This document shows, piece by piece, positions 1 through 12,800 of a stretch of DNA of 64,000 bases (position 1 is the first letter of the stretch; each line of letters opens with the position of its first letter). The position numbers and the translations under genes are program-made. The stretch covers positions 143,021 to 207,020 of the forward strand of contig NW_013657621.1 in the NCBI RefSeq assembly GCF_000142905.1, in the 5' to 3' direction. The notes below the pieces were generated by a model. It was not told where the DNA came from. It did not search any database and saw only the letters and a program-made list of their open reading frames with translations. Source of the stretch: Thecamonas trahens ATCC 50062. Its lineage: Eukaryota > Protista > Apusomonadida.

Positions 1-581
1 TGGCCGGCGATGAGGTTGGCCATCTTGGCGGCCAGCGCCGACGAGAGGCCCGAGTGTGTGGCGCACGCCGCGAGCGAGACTCGGAACGCCTCCTTGTCCT
101 GGTCCACGCGTCGCTCGCTGGGGTGCGAGTCGAGGTGCTCCCACCGCGCCACAATCTCTCTCACCTTGGGGATCTTGACGTCGTCGAGGACCTCAACCCA
201 CAGGCGCGCAGTCCGCGGCCATGACCGGGTCACCTCGTCGGTCGCTACCAGCAGCGCCGTCAGCAGCTCGTCAAGCGTCGCCGTCTCGAGCGTCACGTGG
301 TCGACAGAGAGCGTCGGCGTGCCCATGACAAGCTGGAACGACGACGAAGTCGTGACCGAGGTGATGTCCAGAATGTGCACAAAGCGCTTGACGGAGAAGC
401 CCTTGCGGCCGAGATCCTTGTGTACCGTCAGGTGATGGCCGGTCAGAGTCACCAGCCGCTCCTTCTCCTCATTGCTCTTCTTCTCCATAGCCCAGCCCAC
501 ATACCGCAGAGTCGACTGTTCCTGCACCGCATACTCTCGCGCGTACACCCTGTCCGACTCTTCCAGCTCGCGGAACGCCAT
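1..581 (-). CDS. N-terminal part of a protein running off the window edge; CARMIL-type PH-like domain suspected
   Basis: Not in the ORF track because it has no stop in the window. ATG at 581 opens a frame to the edge with GC3-rich codons: MAFRELEESDRVYAREYAVQEQSTLRYVGWAMEKKSNEEKERLVTLTGHHLTVHKDLGRKGFSVKRFVHILDITSV... The pattern resembles the CARMIL N-terminal PH domain; identity is tentative. Confidence 0.6.
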   Translation of the reverse strand, partial: MAFRELEESDRVYAREYAVQEQSTLRYVGWAMEKKSNEEKERLVTLTGHHLTVHKDLGRKGFSVKRFVHILDITSVTTSSSFQLVMGTPTLSVDHVTLETATLDELLTALLVATDEVTRSWPRTARLWVEVLDDVKIPKVREIVARWEHLDSHPSERRVDQDKEAFRVSLAACATHSGLSSALAAKMANLIAG

Positions 582-631
582 ACTATTCAGTTACAGCAAG
601 TTGCCTTCCAGCAGCAGCAGTAGCACCTTGT

Positions 632-786
632 GTGACCTTGTGATGTCGGGTGACCTTGTGATGTCGGGTGACCTTGTGATGTCGGGTGACCTTGTGATGT
701 CGGGTGACCTTGTGATGTCGGGTGACCTTGTGATGTCGGGTGACCTTGTGATGTCGGGTGACCTTGTGATGTCGGGTGACCTTGTG
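632..786. repeat. Tandem repeat, 18-bp unit GTGACCTTGTGATGTCGG, about 8.5 copies
   Basis: Directly visible exact head-to-tail copies with no spacers, starting about 50 bp upstream of the ATG at 581. Confidence 0.97.
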
Positions 787-865
787 TCGACCTTTTCAGC
801 AGAAGTAGCTGGTCGTCGGTGACCGTGGCCTTAAGTAGTTACCAGGCACAAGCGGAAGCACTCGT

Positions 866-1310
866 TGGTTGTGGTGGGTGTGGGTGTGGTTGTGGTGGTT
901 GTGGTTGTGGTGGTGGTGGTGGTGGTGGTGGTGGTGGTGGTGGTGGTGAGGAAGGCCCTTTTTGCCTGTCCGCCGTTTGCTCTTTCGCCACCGACCTGTC
1001 CTTTCCGTCCACGTCTACGTGAACAGGGGATGCACGACTTGGGTACGTGCGCGTTCGTGTACGTATGTATGTACGCGTGTGTGTATGGGTATACCTCTAT
1101 GAGCGTATGTATGTATGTGTGTATATTCGTGTGTATGCGTGTGTGTGTGTGTGTGTGTATGCGTGTGTGTATGCGTGTGTGTGTATGCGTGCGTGTGTGT
1201 TTGGTGACGGAACCCCCGACCTTGGTACTGGTGGGGGCGGTAACGGAGGGGGGGAGGGGGTGGGGGGGGGGTGGGGTGGTACTGGTACTGGTACTGGTAC
1301 TGGTGGTGTA
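866..1310. repeat. Low-complexity tract: (GGT)n, (TG/TATG)n, poly-G and (GGTACT)n microsatellites
   Basis: Directly visible simple repeats. Confidence 0.9.
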
Positions 1311-2507
1311 CGTTCTCCTCCCGGTAAGGGGTTGGGAGGGGGGGGGGGTTGGGAGGGGACGGTAGACGGTAGAGAGGTGTGTGTGCTGGGTCTGCGGTGC
1401 GTGGTCATTGTCTCGGTCTCGGTGCTGTTATGGTCGTCTCCCCCCTCCCCCTCCCACCCCCGCTCGCCCCATGTGTGTCGGTCAACACCGCCACCACCGG
1501 CACTGCCATCGGTTTGAAATGGAGGCTATCCATTGGCGCCATGTGCGGATTGCAAAAAAAATACATCGCCCAGAAATGGTGAGGCGTCATGGATGGACGA
1601 TGTTGCGGTTGATGGCAGGGGAGGTTTGCTTGAGATAGTAGGGGATGGTTTCTTGATGATAGGCTGGGGCAGGGGTGGGAGGCGACGACCGGTGGGTGGG
1701 GATGAGGAAGTGCTTGGGAGAGGCTATCCGTGGACAGGCCGTGCTGCACAGACGTGCGGGTAGGATGCAGGTGTGGCAGAGCTTGTGACATGTGGTGTGC
1801 AGATGCGGGGAATTTCGCTGCGTCTTATCCTCCGCACTGCCGCGTATGCGCATGATCTGCTCCCAGCACGAGGTAGAGAGGGAGATCACCATACAGTCTG
1901 ATGTGTGTGGTGGTGGTTTGCGGCTGGGGGTGGGATGAAAAGGGTGTGTGGCGTGTGTTGATGTGAAGGGACAACATGATGACTGACCGGAAATATGTGA
2001 TCAATGGTTTTCGCCGCCCACACCGGATGAGACCGGCTTGGCTCGCCAGACGGTCGCGCGCGCGCGCGCGAGAGAGAGAGTAGGCAGACCAGCGGTGTTA
2101 ATGCTGTTGTGGTGCTTTTTGCCATCGGAAGCATGTACTGTTCAATCTCCATCGTGATGACCGAGGCCCGACACGACCGTTTGCGCAAGGCAAGATCACC
2201 CGCCAGCACCCCCGCCGCATCCTCCTAGCATCCTCACCCTCACCATCCCACATCGCTAGCTCATCCCCATCCCAGGATCGCCAAGATCCCCATGATCCCC
2301 ATCTCTCCCCCCAAAAGGAACACCTCTTCCAAACAAAAAAAAAGTGATTGCCACCCAGACCACCCGCGCCGAATAGTCCTTTTTACCTGTGAGGTCACTC
2401 GGCTCAGGGCGGTCGGCGCGCCGGGCTCGGCTTCTGCGGCAGCACTCAACGCAGAGCGACTGTGTGTGCAGTCAGCAGGAGACAAGGGCAAGAGGAGGAA
2501 GCCGACC

Positions 2508-2757
2508 ATGTCCCGACATACTAGCTTTTTCAGCATCCTTATCCTTGCTGGTATGCTCCTTTCACTCGCTTTGCCCACCACCCCTGTGCCCGCCCATGCT
2601 AAGGTGAGGTCAGCCTTCGTGACGTCGGCGACTGCCACCTCACCGACAACAGCGGGAGGAGGGGGAGGAGGGGCAGGAGGGGGAGGAGGGGGAGGAGGGG
2701 AAGCAACAAGAGCAACACGATCATCGTCATGGTCATCATCATCATCATCATCATCAT

Positions 2758-2798
<41 letters not shown>

Positions 2799-5700
2799 CC
2801 CCGATCATCATCATCGACCATCCCCACCGCCACCGCCTCGACCATCCCCACCGCCACCGCCACCTCTTCTACCGCCACCTCTGCTACCGCCACCTCTTCA
2901 GCCTCCAATCCCATCCAGGCATCGCCTGCTGCTGCCTCGGCGACCGATGTCCAGCCGCTCATCATCGTGGCCACGGTAGATGGGGCAGTCTACGGCTTGG
3001 CTGCTGGCGATGGCTCGGTGGTCTTCTCCTTTGACACCGGCTCGCCCTTTGCTGCCTCTATGTTCACCGCAGGCATGATGGGCTCGATGGCGGCTGCTTC
3101 CTCGGCTTCGGGCCCGTCGCCCTCGTCGTCGTCGTCGTCGTCCCCGCCGCCTTCGCCATCCCCCTCTCTCCCGCACACTCTCCTGCCGGGTCTTGACGGC
3201 GCCTCGCTGTTCAGCTATACCCACGGCACGGGCCTCTCCAAGCTTCCCTTTGCCGCTCCTCGCTTGGTCCAGGAGACGCCGTTTGTCGACAGCAACGACC
3301 TCATGTATCTTGGCTCGCGAGCGGCCACGATCTACGCGGTCGATCTCGAGACGCTAGCTGTCTCGCGGGTCGGCAGTGCTGCCTCTGCGGCAGGCACGAG
3401 CGCCGCCGACTCTGGCGCCCGCAGCCTGTTTGTGGCTGTCGAGACAATGACCATCTCGGTCGTCGACGCCCACACCGGCCTGCCCTACTCGAACGTCTCG
3501 CTCGGAACCATCTCGCCGAGCCTCGACCTCGCGTCGCTGGCTTCGCTCGGTGGGGCGGGAGCGGGAGCGGGAGTGGGCGAGGAGGAACCGACCTTCCGCC
3601 GCTGACGCTCGACGCGCTCCTCGCCGACGCCACGCGTCCGATCATCTACACCGACCTCTCGGGCCTCCTGCACTGCATCGACCGGAGCACCGGGTACGTG
3701 CTGTGGTCTGTCGAGCTCCCGGCCACGGTTGTCTCGTCGTTCTACCTCTCGCCGGCCGTCGGCGCCGTCCTCCGGCTCACGCCGCTCAACAAGCTCGGCG
3801 TCCACTGCCTCCGCGACCAGTGCTACACCGGCTCGTTTGCGCTTGTCTCGCCGTCAACCGCCACCGGCACGACACCGTCGTCGCACCTAGTTGCGCCGGC
3901 CGACACCTCAGGTCTGGTCTTGGTGGGCGGCTCGCCGGCATCGGGCCTTTGGGCCGACGACAACGGCGCCTTTGTCCGCTTTGCCGATGGCGACGGGGCT
4001 GGCAGCATCGACACCGGCTCGCTCTTTGACGACTTGAACGGCGAGCCGAGTCCGCCACACAGCGGCAGCGGCGGCGGCCTAGTGCCGTACTCGCCCGACG
4101 GCTTCCACTGCGCACCCGACTCTCCAAGCTTCCCGGGCTGCCTCACCGGCGCATGGCAGACCGCGCCGTCGTCGCCCGCCACTTCTGCAGGCGAGCTTGG
4201 ACCGGGCTTTCCCTCTCTGCCCGGCGAGGGTGACAACGCGATGCCGTACAACGCCACGGCCGCTGACCTCGTCCTTGCGCTCGTCCGCAAGGCTCCGACC
4301 CAGCTCGCGGTTGCAGCCGCCGCGCTGCTTCTGCTGCTTGTTGTGCTCGCGGCGCGCACGGTTCAGAACCGCTCGCTGCCGCTCCAGCCCCAGCCCGACA
4401 CCCTCGCGCCACTGACCGCTACAGACTATACCGACGAGCCCGACTCGGCGTCGTCAATGGGCTCGTCGCTCCTGGCTTCCATCTACGCGCGGACCAACTC
4501 GAACAACTCGTCAGGTGCGGCCGGAAGCTCAGTGCCGAGCGCGGTTGTTGACGCCTGGAACGGGCAGGACGAGTTGGTACAAGTCGGCGGAAGCGAGGCA
4601 ACAACCTGGCGCATCGGCGACATCACTTTTGACACCGATGCCGTTCTCGGCAAGGGCTCGCACGGTACAGTCGTCTTCCGCGGCGACATCGGCGGGCGGC
4701 AAGTGGCGGTCAAGCGCATGCTCGCCGAATTCTACGAGGTTGCCTCAAAGGAGGTCGGTCTGCTCATGGCCTCGGACCTCCATCCCAACGTCGTCTCGTA
4801 CTATGGGCGCAAGATGGATGCCCAGTTTGTGTACATTGCCCTCGAGGAGTGCGCGTGCTCGCTGGCGTCGGCCATGACCTCTGGCATGATTTCCGACATG
4901 CCGCTCGAGCTTAAGCGCAAGCTGCTCTTCGAGGCCGCCTCGGGCGTTGCCTTTCTCCACTCGCTTGGCATTGTCCACCGCGACGTCAAGCCGCAGAACA
5001 TCCTCCTGGCCAAGGACTGGACGGCCAAGGTCGCCGACTTTGGCCTCGGCGCTGAGCTCGATCGCGGTCGCTCGTCTTTTGACACCCACACCGCGGGCAC
5101 GCTCGGCTGGCTTGCACCCGAGGCGCTCGCCGGCGAGCGCTGCACCCGCGCCGTCGACGTCTTTGGTCTCGGCTGTGTCGCCTACTACGTCCTCACAAAC
5201 GGCGACCACCCGTTTGGCTCGCGCTACGAGCGCGACTGGGCCATCCTCAATGCCGCGCCCTCGCTCGACGCCGTCGCTTCAGACCCAGCCCGCGGCGGCC
5301 ATGAGGCCGTCGCCCTCGTCTCACGCATGGTCGCCCGCTCTCGTGACGCCCGCATCACCGCCGCCCAGGCGCTCGCCTCGCCGTTTTTCTGGAATACCCG
5401 CAAACGCCTCGACTTTCTCATGGAGGCCTCGGACAGGGTCGAGATCGACTACCAGGACCATGGCGCTGCCGGTCGTGTTGTCCGCCTTCTCGAGGCCCGC
5501 GCCGCCGACGTCTTTGACCTCGACCTCGTTGTCCGCCCGCCGCGCCCGGCAGATAGCAGCGACCGCCCACGCTCGCTCTTCACGCCTGCCACACCCTCGC
5601 GCGCCGACCGAAGCAGCTCCTGGCGTACTCGCGATGCCGGCCCGCCGGGCTTTGCGCCCTCACACTCGCCCCACTCGTCGTCGTCGCCCAAGAAGAAAAC

Positions 5701-6088
5701 GCCGTCGCCGGCCGCACCGCGCCGCGGCTGGATGGCCGTCCTCGCTCCCGAGCTCATCATCAACCTCGGCAAGTACCGCAAGTACGACCCGCGCTCGCTC
5801 CGCGACCTTCTCCGGGTCATGCGCAACAAGGGCCGCCACTACCGCGACCTCCCGCCCGAGCTCAAGGCCGTACTCGGCGACTATCCCGACGGCTACTACG
5901 CCTACTTCCTCCGCAAGTTTCCGCGCCTCCTTGTCGTCGTGTGGGAGGTCGTCGTCGAGGAATTTGGCGTCGACGCCGATCCGGCATTCGACCAGTACGT
6001 GGCCAAGCCACCGCCGCCGGCGAGCTCCTCACCCGCACCTGCTCCCCTCCCTGTCTCCCGGAGCAATGCTACGCCTTCGGCGCCGTAA
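2508..6088 (+). CDS. IRE1: IRE1 ER-stress sensor kinase/endoribonuclease, with one apparent frameshift near 3550-3590
   Basis: Signal peptide MSRHTSFFSILILAGMLLSLAL. Luminal propeller motifs IIVATVDGAVYGL and LSKLPFAAPRLVQETP continue in the next frame as IIYTDLSGLLHCIDRSTGYVLW. Then a TM segment, kinase motifs (LGKGSHGTVV, VAVKRM, HPNVV, HRDVKPQN, DFG) and a KEN RNase domain (KYRKY..SLRDLLRVMRNKGRHY). One extra G in the 3552-3555 run joins ORFs 2292-3605 and 3698-6088. Confidence 0.93.
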
Positions 6089-6126
6089 ACCCCGCGCCTC
6101 CTCCTCTTGCGACAACATTTACGCTG

Positions 6127-8864
6127 CTACTCCATCGACATTGTCGACGATGAGCTAAACGGCGACGATGACCGCGAGTGCAGTCCTTCATCACCGCACA
6201 CTTGCGCCTCAAGTCCTTCCCCGGTGTCTACCATGTCCAGCGTCGGTGCTAGCGATCGCGCCGCCCGCGGCGGCTGAGCTGAGAAGATCGACGGCGGCAG
6301 CTGAGGGACCGGCGGCGGTGCTGAGGTCGCCACCGCCGACACCGGCGGTAGCGTAGGCACCGGCGGCGGCTGCGCCAGCGACGCCTCGTCGTCGTCGGAT
6401 GACGAGAACGAGTCCGGCGCCAGCGGCGGCGCTGTTGCCGGAGACGGCAGCGACGGCGGCGGCGGCGGCGGGAGTGGTGGCGGTGGCGGCGAGCGAGTGC
6501 CAGGCCCAGCGTGAGCTCCAGCCCCACCCCCGTCCTCATCAGCATCAACACCATCACCGTCACCGCGTTCCCACCACAACGCCGATGAGCCGGCGGACCG
6601 GATGCCGCCGGGCGATGAGGCCGCCGAGGCGAGCACCGCGGCTGCCGGCGATCGCGAGCCGGACGAGGCCAGCGTCTCGACGTCATCGAACAGCAGCGGA
6701 TGCGCGTCTTGCTGGGCCTGGACTTGCGGCGGCTGGCGGGCAAGCGCGCGCGAGCGGAGGGTGGCGCGCAGTTGGGCAGCCTCGCTCTCGAGGGCGGTGA
6801 TGTACCGGGCCTGGTCCGCCGCAAGCAGCGCGTACGTAGCCGGCCGGACAAAAACGCGAGCTGGAGCTCGTCAGTGCCCGCAGCGACAAAGCCCTCGGCC
6901 TCGAGGGCGTCGAGACGGAAGAACTTGTTGTAGCCCCAGCACTCGCCGGCCTCAAACTCCGAGGTATACTCGCGGACCACCGGCGGGCGGGACGGCGCGG
7001 TGGAATGGCGCATCTCCACCCGGTACTCATACCGCGCCGAGCCAACGAGGCCGCCGGCCATCTCCAGAAAGACCGAGAGGTGCGTTCCGCGGGCGATGCC
7101 GTTGCCGTTTGGGTAGACCTTGAGCCGCCACGCGAGGCCGTGGGTCACCAGCGGCTGCGAGAACACCACGTCCTCGGCCGCGCGGAGCGCCGAGAACGAC
7201 GCCAGCACAAAGTCGCCCGACGCATACTCGGGCACAATCTCAGAGGCAAAGACCGGCGGGACGTAGACGTGCAGCGCCGAGCTCCCGGCCTCACTCTCGG
7301 CCGCGTCCTCGCTGTCGTCGACTGCCGCTACCAGCGACGGCCGCTGGCACATCTCCCGCAGCAGACCCAGCAGCTCGTCGGTCTTGGCAATGAGCCGCGA
7401 CCGCGGCGCGGCACTCAGCTGGCGCTCCAGCTCACCGAGGACCGATGAAATGAGCTCGAGTTCCTCAGCCATCGAGCCTTTTTGCGCAAGCAGCGCCAGA
7501 AGCTTGGTCTTGAGCTCGGCCTCCAGCCGGGCGTACATTTGGTCGACCGCGTCGCGGATCTCCAGCATCCGCTCTTCCTTGGCCCTCGTCACCTCCTCGA
7601 TGTTCTCGTCGATGCCTGCAATCGCCGCCCGCAGCCGCTCCAGCCGCTCCGACAGCGCGTTGGTCTCTACCCGGATTCGCGACGTGTGGATGGCATACAC
7701 CGCATCAAGCTTGTTGAACGCGTGCCCGGTGTGCGTCGAGCCAAACATGGCACAGTCGGAGCAGATCGCCACCCCGCACGTCTCGCAGTAGTATCCTAGC
7801 TCTTGATCGGGGTGGGCTGGGCACGGCTCGGCAACCCGCCCGCCACCGACTACCCCGCGGCGCCCGCCTGGCGACCGCGACCCGCCACCACGCGGGGGCG
7901 ACGCCAGCAGGCCCATCGCCGCAGAGGCAGAGCTCGACGCTGTCGCCAGGTACGCCTTGTCCAGCTCGTCGGTCAGATCGTTCATGAACCGGCAGGTCAC
8001 AAGCTCGTCCAGCTGCAGCGGCGCCCGGCAGTGCGGACACGTAGCACGCTGCACCAGCCACGTCGACATGCACGCGCGACAGCCCATTTTGGAGCACGCC
8101 GGGCACATGACCGCGCCCTCGACCCGCGCCATGCAGATGAAGCACCGGAAGAGCTCCTCGATGTTCGACAGTACCGATAGCGCCGCTGCATCGCCGCCCG
8201 CCATCGCCTGCCACCGCTCGCTGCCCCGCTCGACCTCATCCAGCGCGGTGAGCCCACCCGGGACAAGTCCACCTCCCGACGAGCTTGCTGCTGTGCTTCC
8301 AGCGGCTGCAACCGGACTACGACCCCCATCGCTATGCCCGTGACCAAGCCTGTACCCGTGACCGAGTATGGGATCATGCACATGGTGGCGGGCACGGTCG
8401 TCATCGTGATCGCGGCCTTGTCCGCCTCCGCGGCCGTGTCCGACTCGGTCCGCGCCTCCGCCTCCCACCCCCGCCACAGCCTCTGCCGCCGCTACGGCCC
8501 TCTGCAGCCGTCCACGAACCCCACCAGCGGCGACCTCCGCCCCCGCCGCCACCCCCACCGCGCGTTGCTCTCCACCAGCTCCACCATGACCGACACCGAC
8601 CCGAGCTCTGTCACCATGACCGACTCGCCTTCCTCCGTCCGTCCCCACCCCCATACCTGTAGTCATGCCCATGTCCATACCCATGCCTGTCGTCATGCCT
8701 GTGGCCATGCCTGTGGCCATGCCCTCCCCCATGCCCTCTCGGTCTCCTTCCCGACTGTTCCTTCCACCACCACCACCACCACCACCACCACCACCACCAT
8801 CATCACCACCACCGCTCCCGCCACCGCTCCTGCCTCGGACACGACCACTTCGAGAATGCTCCAT
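6127..8864 (-). CDS. TRIM37: TRIM37-like E3 ubiquitin ligase (RING, B-box, coiled coil, MATH), frameshift at 6850-6854
   Basis: RING (FRCFICM..CPACSKMGC..C..CPHCR), B-box (CPAH..YYCETC..ICSDC..H..H) and MATH (WRLKVYPNGNG..LSVFLE, FEAGECWGYNKFF). Adding one T restores FFVRPATYALLAADQARYITALE and links to the 6127-6636 frame. The start is uncertain: ATG 8864, or about 8203. Confidence 0.88.
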
Positions 8865-9182
8865 GCTGAACACGCCACCAGCAGCTAGCTGATCGTCAAC
8901 CTCCTCCGTTCTTCCAGCAGCTGTCAAGGATCCTCTCCAACCCTCAGCCTCCTACTCAGTCTCTTCCTCGAGTCAACTGTCTCCAACGCTCCGTCAGAGT
9001 CGTCGATGATCATGGTCGTGGTCATCATTGCCGTTGTGGTCGTTCTTGTGGTCTACAGGTTGTTCGCAACGGTGAGTGACACGAGTACGGTATTGGCAGG
9101 TAAGAGCTATCTGTCACAAGCTCCAATGGCCATCCTCCCCACTACCGTGCAACCACTCTACTGCCAGCGTCTGAATGTAGGG

Positions 9183-9183
<1 letters not shown>

Positions 9184-9256
<73 letters not shown>
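9184..9256. repeat. (TG)n microsatellite
   Basis: Directly visible. Confidence 0.97.
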
Positions 9257-9259
<3 letters not shown>

Positions 9260-9834
9260 TAGGTAGACATAGCGGCGCGTACGAGAGTGAGTGCAGTGCG
9301 TTTGAGAGCGAGAGTGTGTGTAGCGTATGCGGGAATGTGTGGTTTAGTAAAATTTTCTCCAACCACCCTCGAACCAATTAACCACTTACATCTGCGGGCC
9401 AAGGTCTTCACATTCCTCCGGCGTGTCCCCACGTGAGAAAAAACCCCACACAGATTGAGTGGACACACGTTTGCGGAGACTGGCCTCCCCCTCCCGCTCA
9501 CCCGCACTACTCTCCGTTGCCCCCTCCCCTCCCCCTCCCCCTCCCCACCCCCATCCGCCCCCATCACGGTAGCATCCACCGTGACTTGTCGGCCAGGTAG
9601 TCCCCCTCCCCCCAGTACCAAAAGTTGCAGCAAACGCAATTGACTTTGGCAGCACGCGTCTGCAAGCGCTCCACCACTCGGCACACGGTCTGGACGGCGG
9701 GGGGAGCCATGACCACGGCCAGTGAGCGGAACAAGAGACGGAGATGTACCATTTCCAGCGTATGGAGATTTAAGACCAGTTGCTACAGATCAGCCAAGTT
9801 TCGTGGCCATAGAGTTTCTCTAGCTCTCGTAGGC

Positions 9835-12800
9835 ATGGCTGTCGTTCTCGCCTTCCTCTGCCAGGCGCCAATGGCGGAGGCTAGCTGCGTGTCGCCTTTG
9901 CTCGCACCCGCACCCGCATGGCCACTTGCCGGCGACGCCTCGTTCGGCCCATCGCCACTCGCGGTCATGCCTGACATACCGGCATGTCTTCCAGAGCGAG
10001 AGGCTATTGCTGTGGTGGCCACTACCAGCGCAGACGGCGTGACGGGCGTGCGGCTGGTTGATATCAACAACGACGGCGCGCTCGACGTCATCTCCTACGA
10101 GGAGCTCGACGACTCCATCTCGCTCTTCCTCAACCAGGGCATGGGTGCTGGCCTCGCTCCGAGGGCTGTCATTGGTCCGCCCTCGCCGCCTATCGAGTAC
10201 GATCGCCCGCGGAGTGTGGCCTTTGGCGACATTGACGGTGACTCGCTCGTCGACATGGCCTCGGCGAGCCAGGTTGATGACGCCGTCGGCTGGACCCGCA
10301 ATCTCGGGAGCGGATTGTTTGGCTCGCGGAATGTGGTCTCGCCTGCGGCTGACGGCGCGTCGGGCGTGGCGCTCGCGGATTTGGATGGCGATGGAGATCT
10401 CGACCTCGCCGCCTGCTCCGCCAACGACGACTCTGTCCGCTGGTGGAGGAACGTCGATGGGAAGGGGAACTTTGTCTTTGTCCAGCTTGTCTCGGCGGCC
10501 ACCGACGGCGCCGCTGACATAGCCGCGGTGGATGTGAATGCTGATGGCGACGTGGACCTTGTTGTTGTCTCGTCGAACGACAACAAGCTAGCCTGGTTCG
10601 CTAACAACGGCTCGTACTTTGGCACCGAGCGCATCATCTCGGCCACGCTCGCCAAACCGGTTGCCCTCGCGGTTGGCGACATGAACGGCGACGGCGTGTT
10701 GGACCTTGTTGTTGCGTTTGAGAGCGCCAACACCGTCGCCTGGTTTGCCAACTCCCACCCGGCACCAGGCTCCTTCTCGTCGCCGCTCCCGATCACTACC
10801 TCGGCGCTCTCGGTCCGTGGCGTCGCTGTCGGCGATCTCGACACCGACGGCGACCTTGACGTCGCCCTCGCTTCGGACGGCGACCAGACCGTGGCCTGGT
10901 TTGCCAACGCCGATGGTCGTGGTACCTTTGCGACCTCGCCGCGGGTGGTCACCACTGCATACGCTGGCCCGCGCGACGTCGCCATTGGCGACATTGATGG
11001 TGACGGTAAGGCCGACCTCGCCGCCGTCTTCCGCACGGCAGATACCGTTGCCTGGTTTCCACACGCCGTCGTACCCGGCTCGTTTGCCGCTGGTCCGACA
11101 TCCATCGCCACTGCTCTTGACGGCGTCGGCGCCGTCGTCCTAGGCGACCTCGATGCTGACGGCGACCTCGACCTTGTCACCGCCTCGCCGGGCGAGCTGG
11201 GTGTCGCCTGGCGTGCCAACATCGATGGCGACGCAGTTGCTTGGTCCTCGCCGCGTTCCGTCGCACCGTCGCCTCCGGGCACGCATGCACTCGCTCTGGC
11301 TGACCTCGACGCCGATGGTGACCTAGATTTGGTTCTCGGCTCATCAGAGCCCGGGGCGGCCGCGCTCGGCTACGCGCTCAACGTCGATGGCGTGGGCGGC
11401 TTTGCGCCTGTTGTCGCTCTTGCTTGGAGCGCCAACGCCACTGGTGGCCTCGCGCTCGCCGACTACGATCTCGACGGCGATGTTGACATTGCCGTCTTTG
11501 ACTCGTCGGGCACCACGCTTGTTGTCTTGCTCAACCGCGGAGGCGACGATGGCTTTGGACCAGAGCTTGCTGTTGATACGACCGGCTCGGACATTGCCGC
11601 ACTCGTCGCCGCAGACCTCAACAATGACGCGCTGCCGGACCTTGTCGCTGCCCACGCTGGTGCAGGTGCGGTGTTGTGGTACGCGGCAAGCAACGGAGCC
11701 GGCCTCGCGTTTGTCGCTGCGGCCGTGGTAGCCAACACCGACGTCGCTGGTGCTTCTGCGCTTGCGATCGGAGACGTAGACGGCAACGGCGCGCTTGACG
11801 TGATTGTCGGCGCGACAACCGACACCACCATTGCTTGGTACGCCAACGCTGGCAACGGGGCGTTTGCGCTTGGCGCCACCGTCGACGCTGGCGCCAGCGA
11901 CGTCGCGGTCCTTGCCACTGCCGACCTCGACGCCGACGGCGAGCTCGACATTGTGGCTGGACGTGGCGGCGTTGTCAACACCATGGCCATGTACGCCAAC
12001 ACCGGCAACGGTACGAGTTTTGCGGCGGCATCGGTGCTGGTCGCCGGCGTGACGCAGCCGACTGCCGTGTTGGTCGCTGACATCGACGGTGACGGCGACA
12101 GAGACCTTGTGTATACCTCTGCCGGCGCCGACCTTGTTGCCTGGCTACCACAGACGTCGCGAACTGCCTTTGCCGACTATCTCCCGCAGCAGCACGGGCT
12201 CGCGCGAGACGATCCGGCGTGCGCTGTGACATCGAGCTTTGCCTGCGTCACCGCGTCGCTCGGGCGACTCTCGCGCTGCGTCCGCGACACACTGGTCCTA
12301 CCTACTGGCAGCTACGGGTGCCGGCGCGACGCGCACGCGCTCGTTACCCGTCCGATAGCGGTGGCATCGGCCGACTGCGCGGCACCGGCGGTGTTCAACT
12401 GCACGGCTCGTGGAGGTGGGGTGCTCTTCCGCGCGCTAGCGCATCCTTCAGCTGGTGTGCCGACCGTGGGCGATCTCGAGCTGCAGGGCGTGAGCTTGGT
12501 GCGACTCGGAACCGCACAGGTCTCGCCCTTTGGCGCACCAGGCCTGCGTGCCGAGGGCGCCGGCGCGCGGCTTGCTCTGGTGAACGCCTCTGTCAGTGAC
12601 GCAACGTCGACGGTGCGACCGGGAGTCTTCTTCTTTGACGAGGGCATCGGTGGCGCAGTGCTTGTCGATGACGGCGCGACCTTTGTCTCGCACCGGACGC
12701 TCTGGGCGAGGTGCACGTCGTCGCGGTTCGGCGGCGCGGTGGCGCTTCGCCGGGCCGGAACGACGGCGGTCGTCTCCGACTCGGTCTTTACCAGCTGCGC

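Noticed and set aside
1975-1990. ATGATGACTGA as a C/D snoRNA
   Set aside because: C and D motifs abut with no guide between them, and there is no distal D box or stem.
3540-3640. IRE1 self-splicing via an XBP1/HAC1-type unconventional intron at its own frameshift
   Set aside because: The needed shift fits a 20/23/26-nt excision and CNGCNG motifs exist at 3596-3604. However, there is no second site at a frame-restoring distance and no twin hairpins. A missing G in a homopolymer is simpler.
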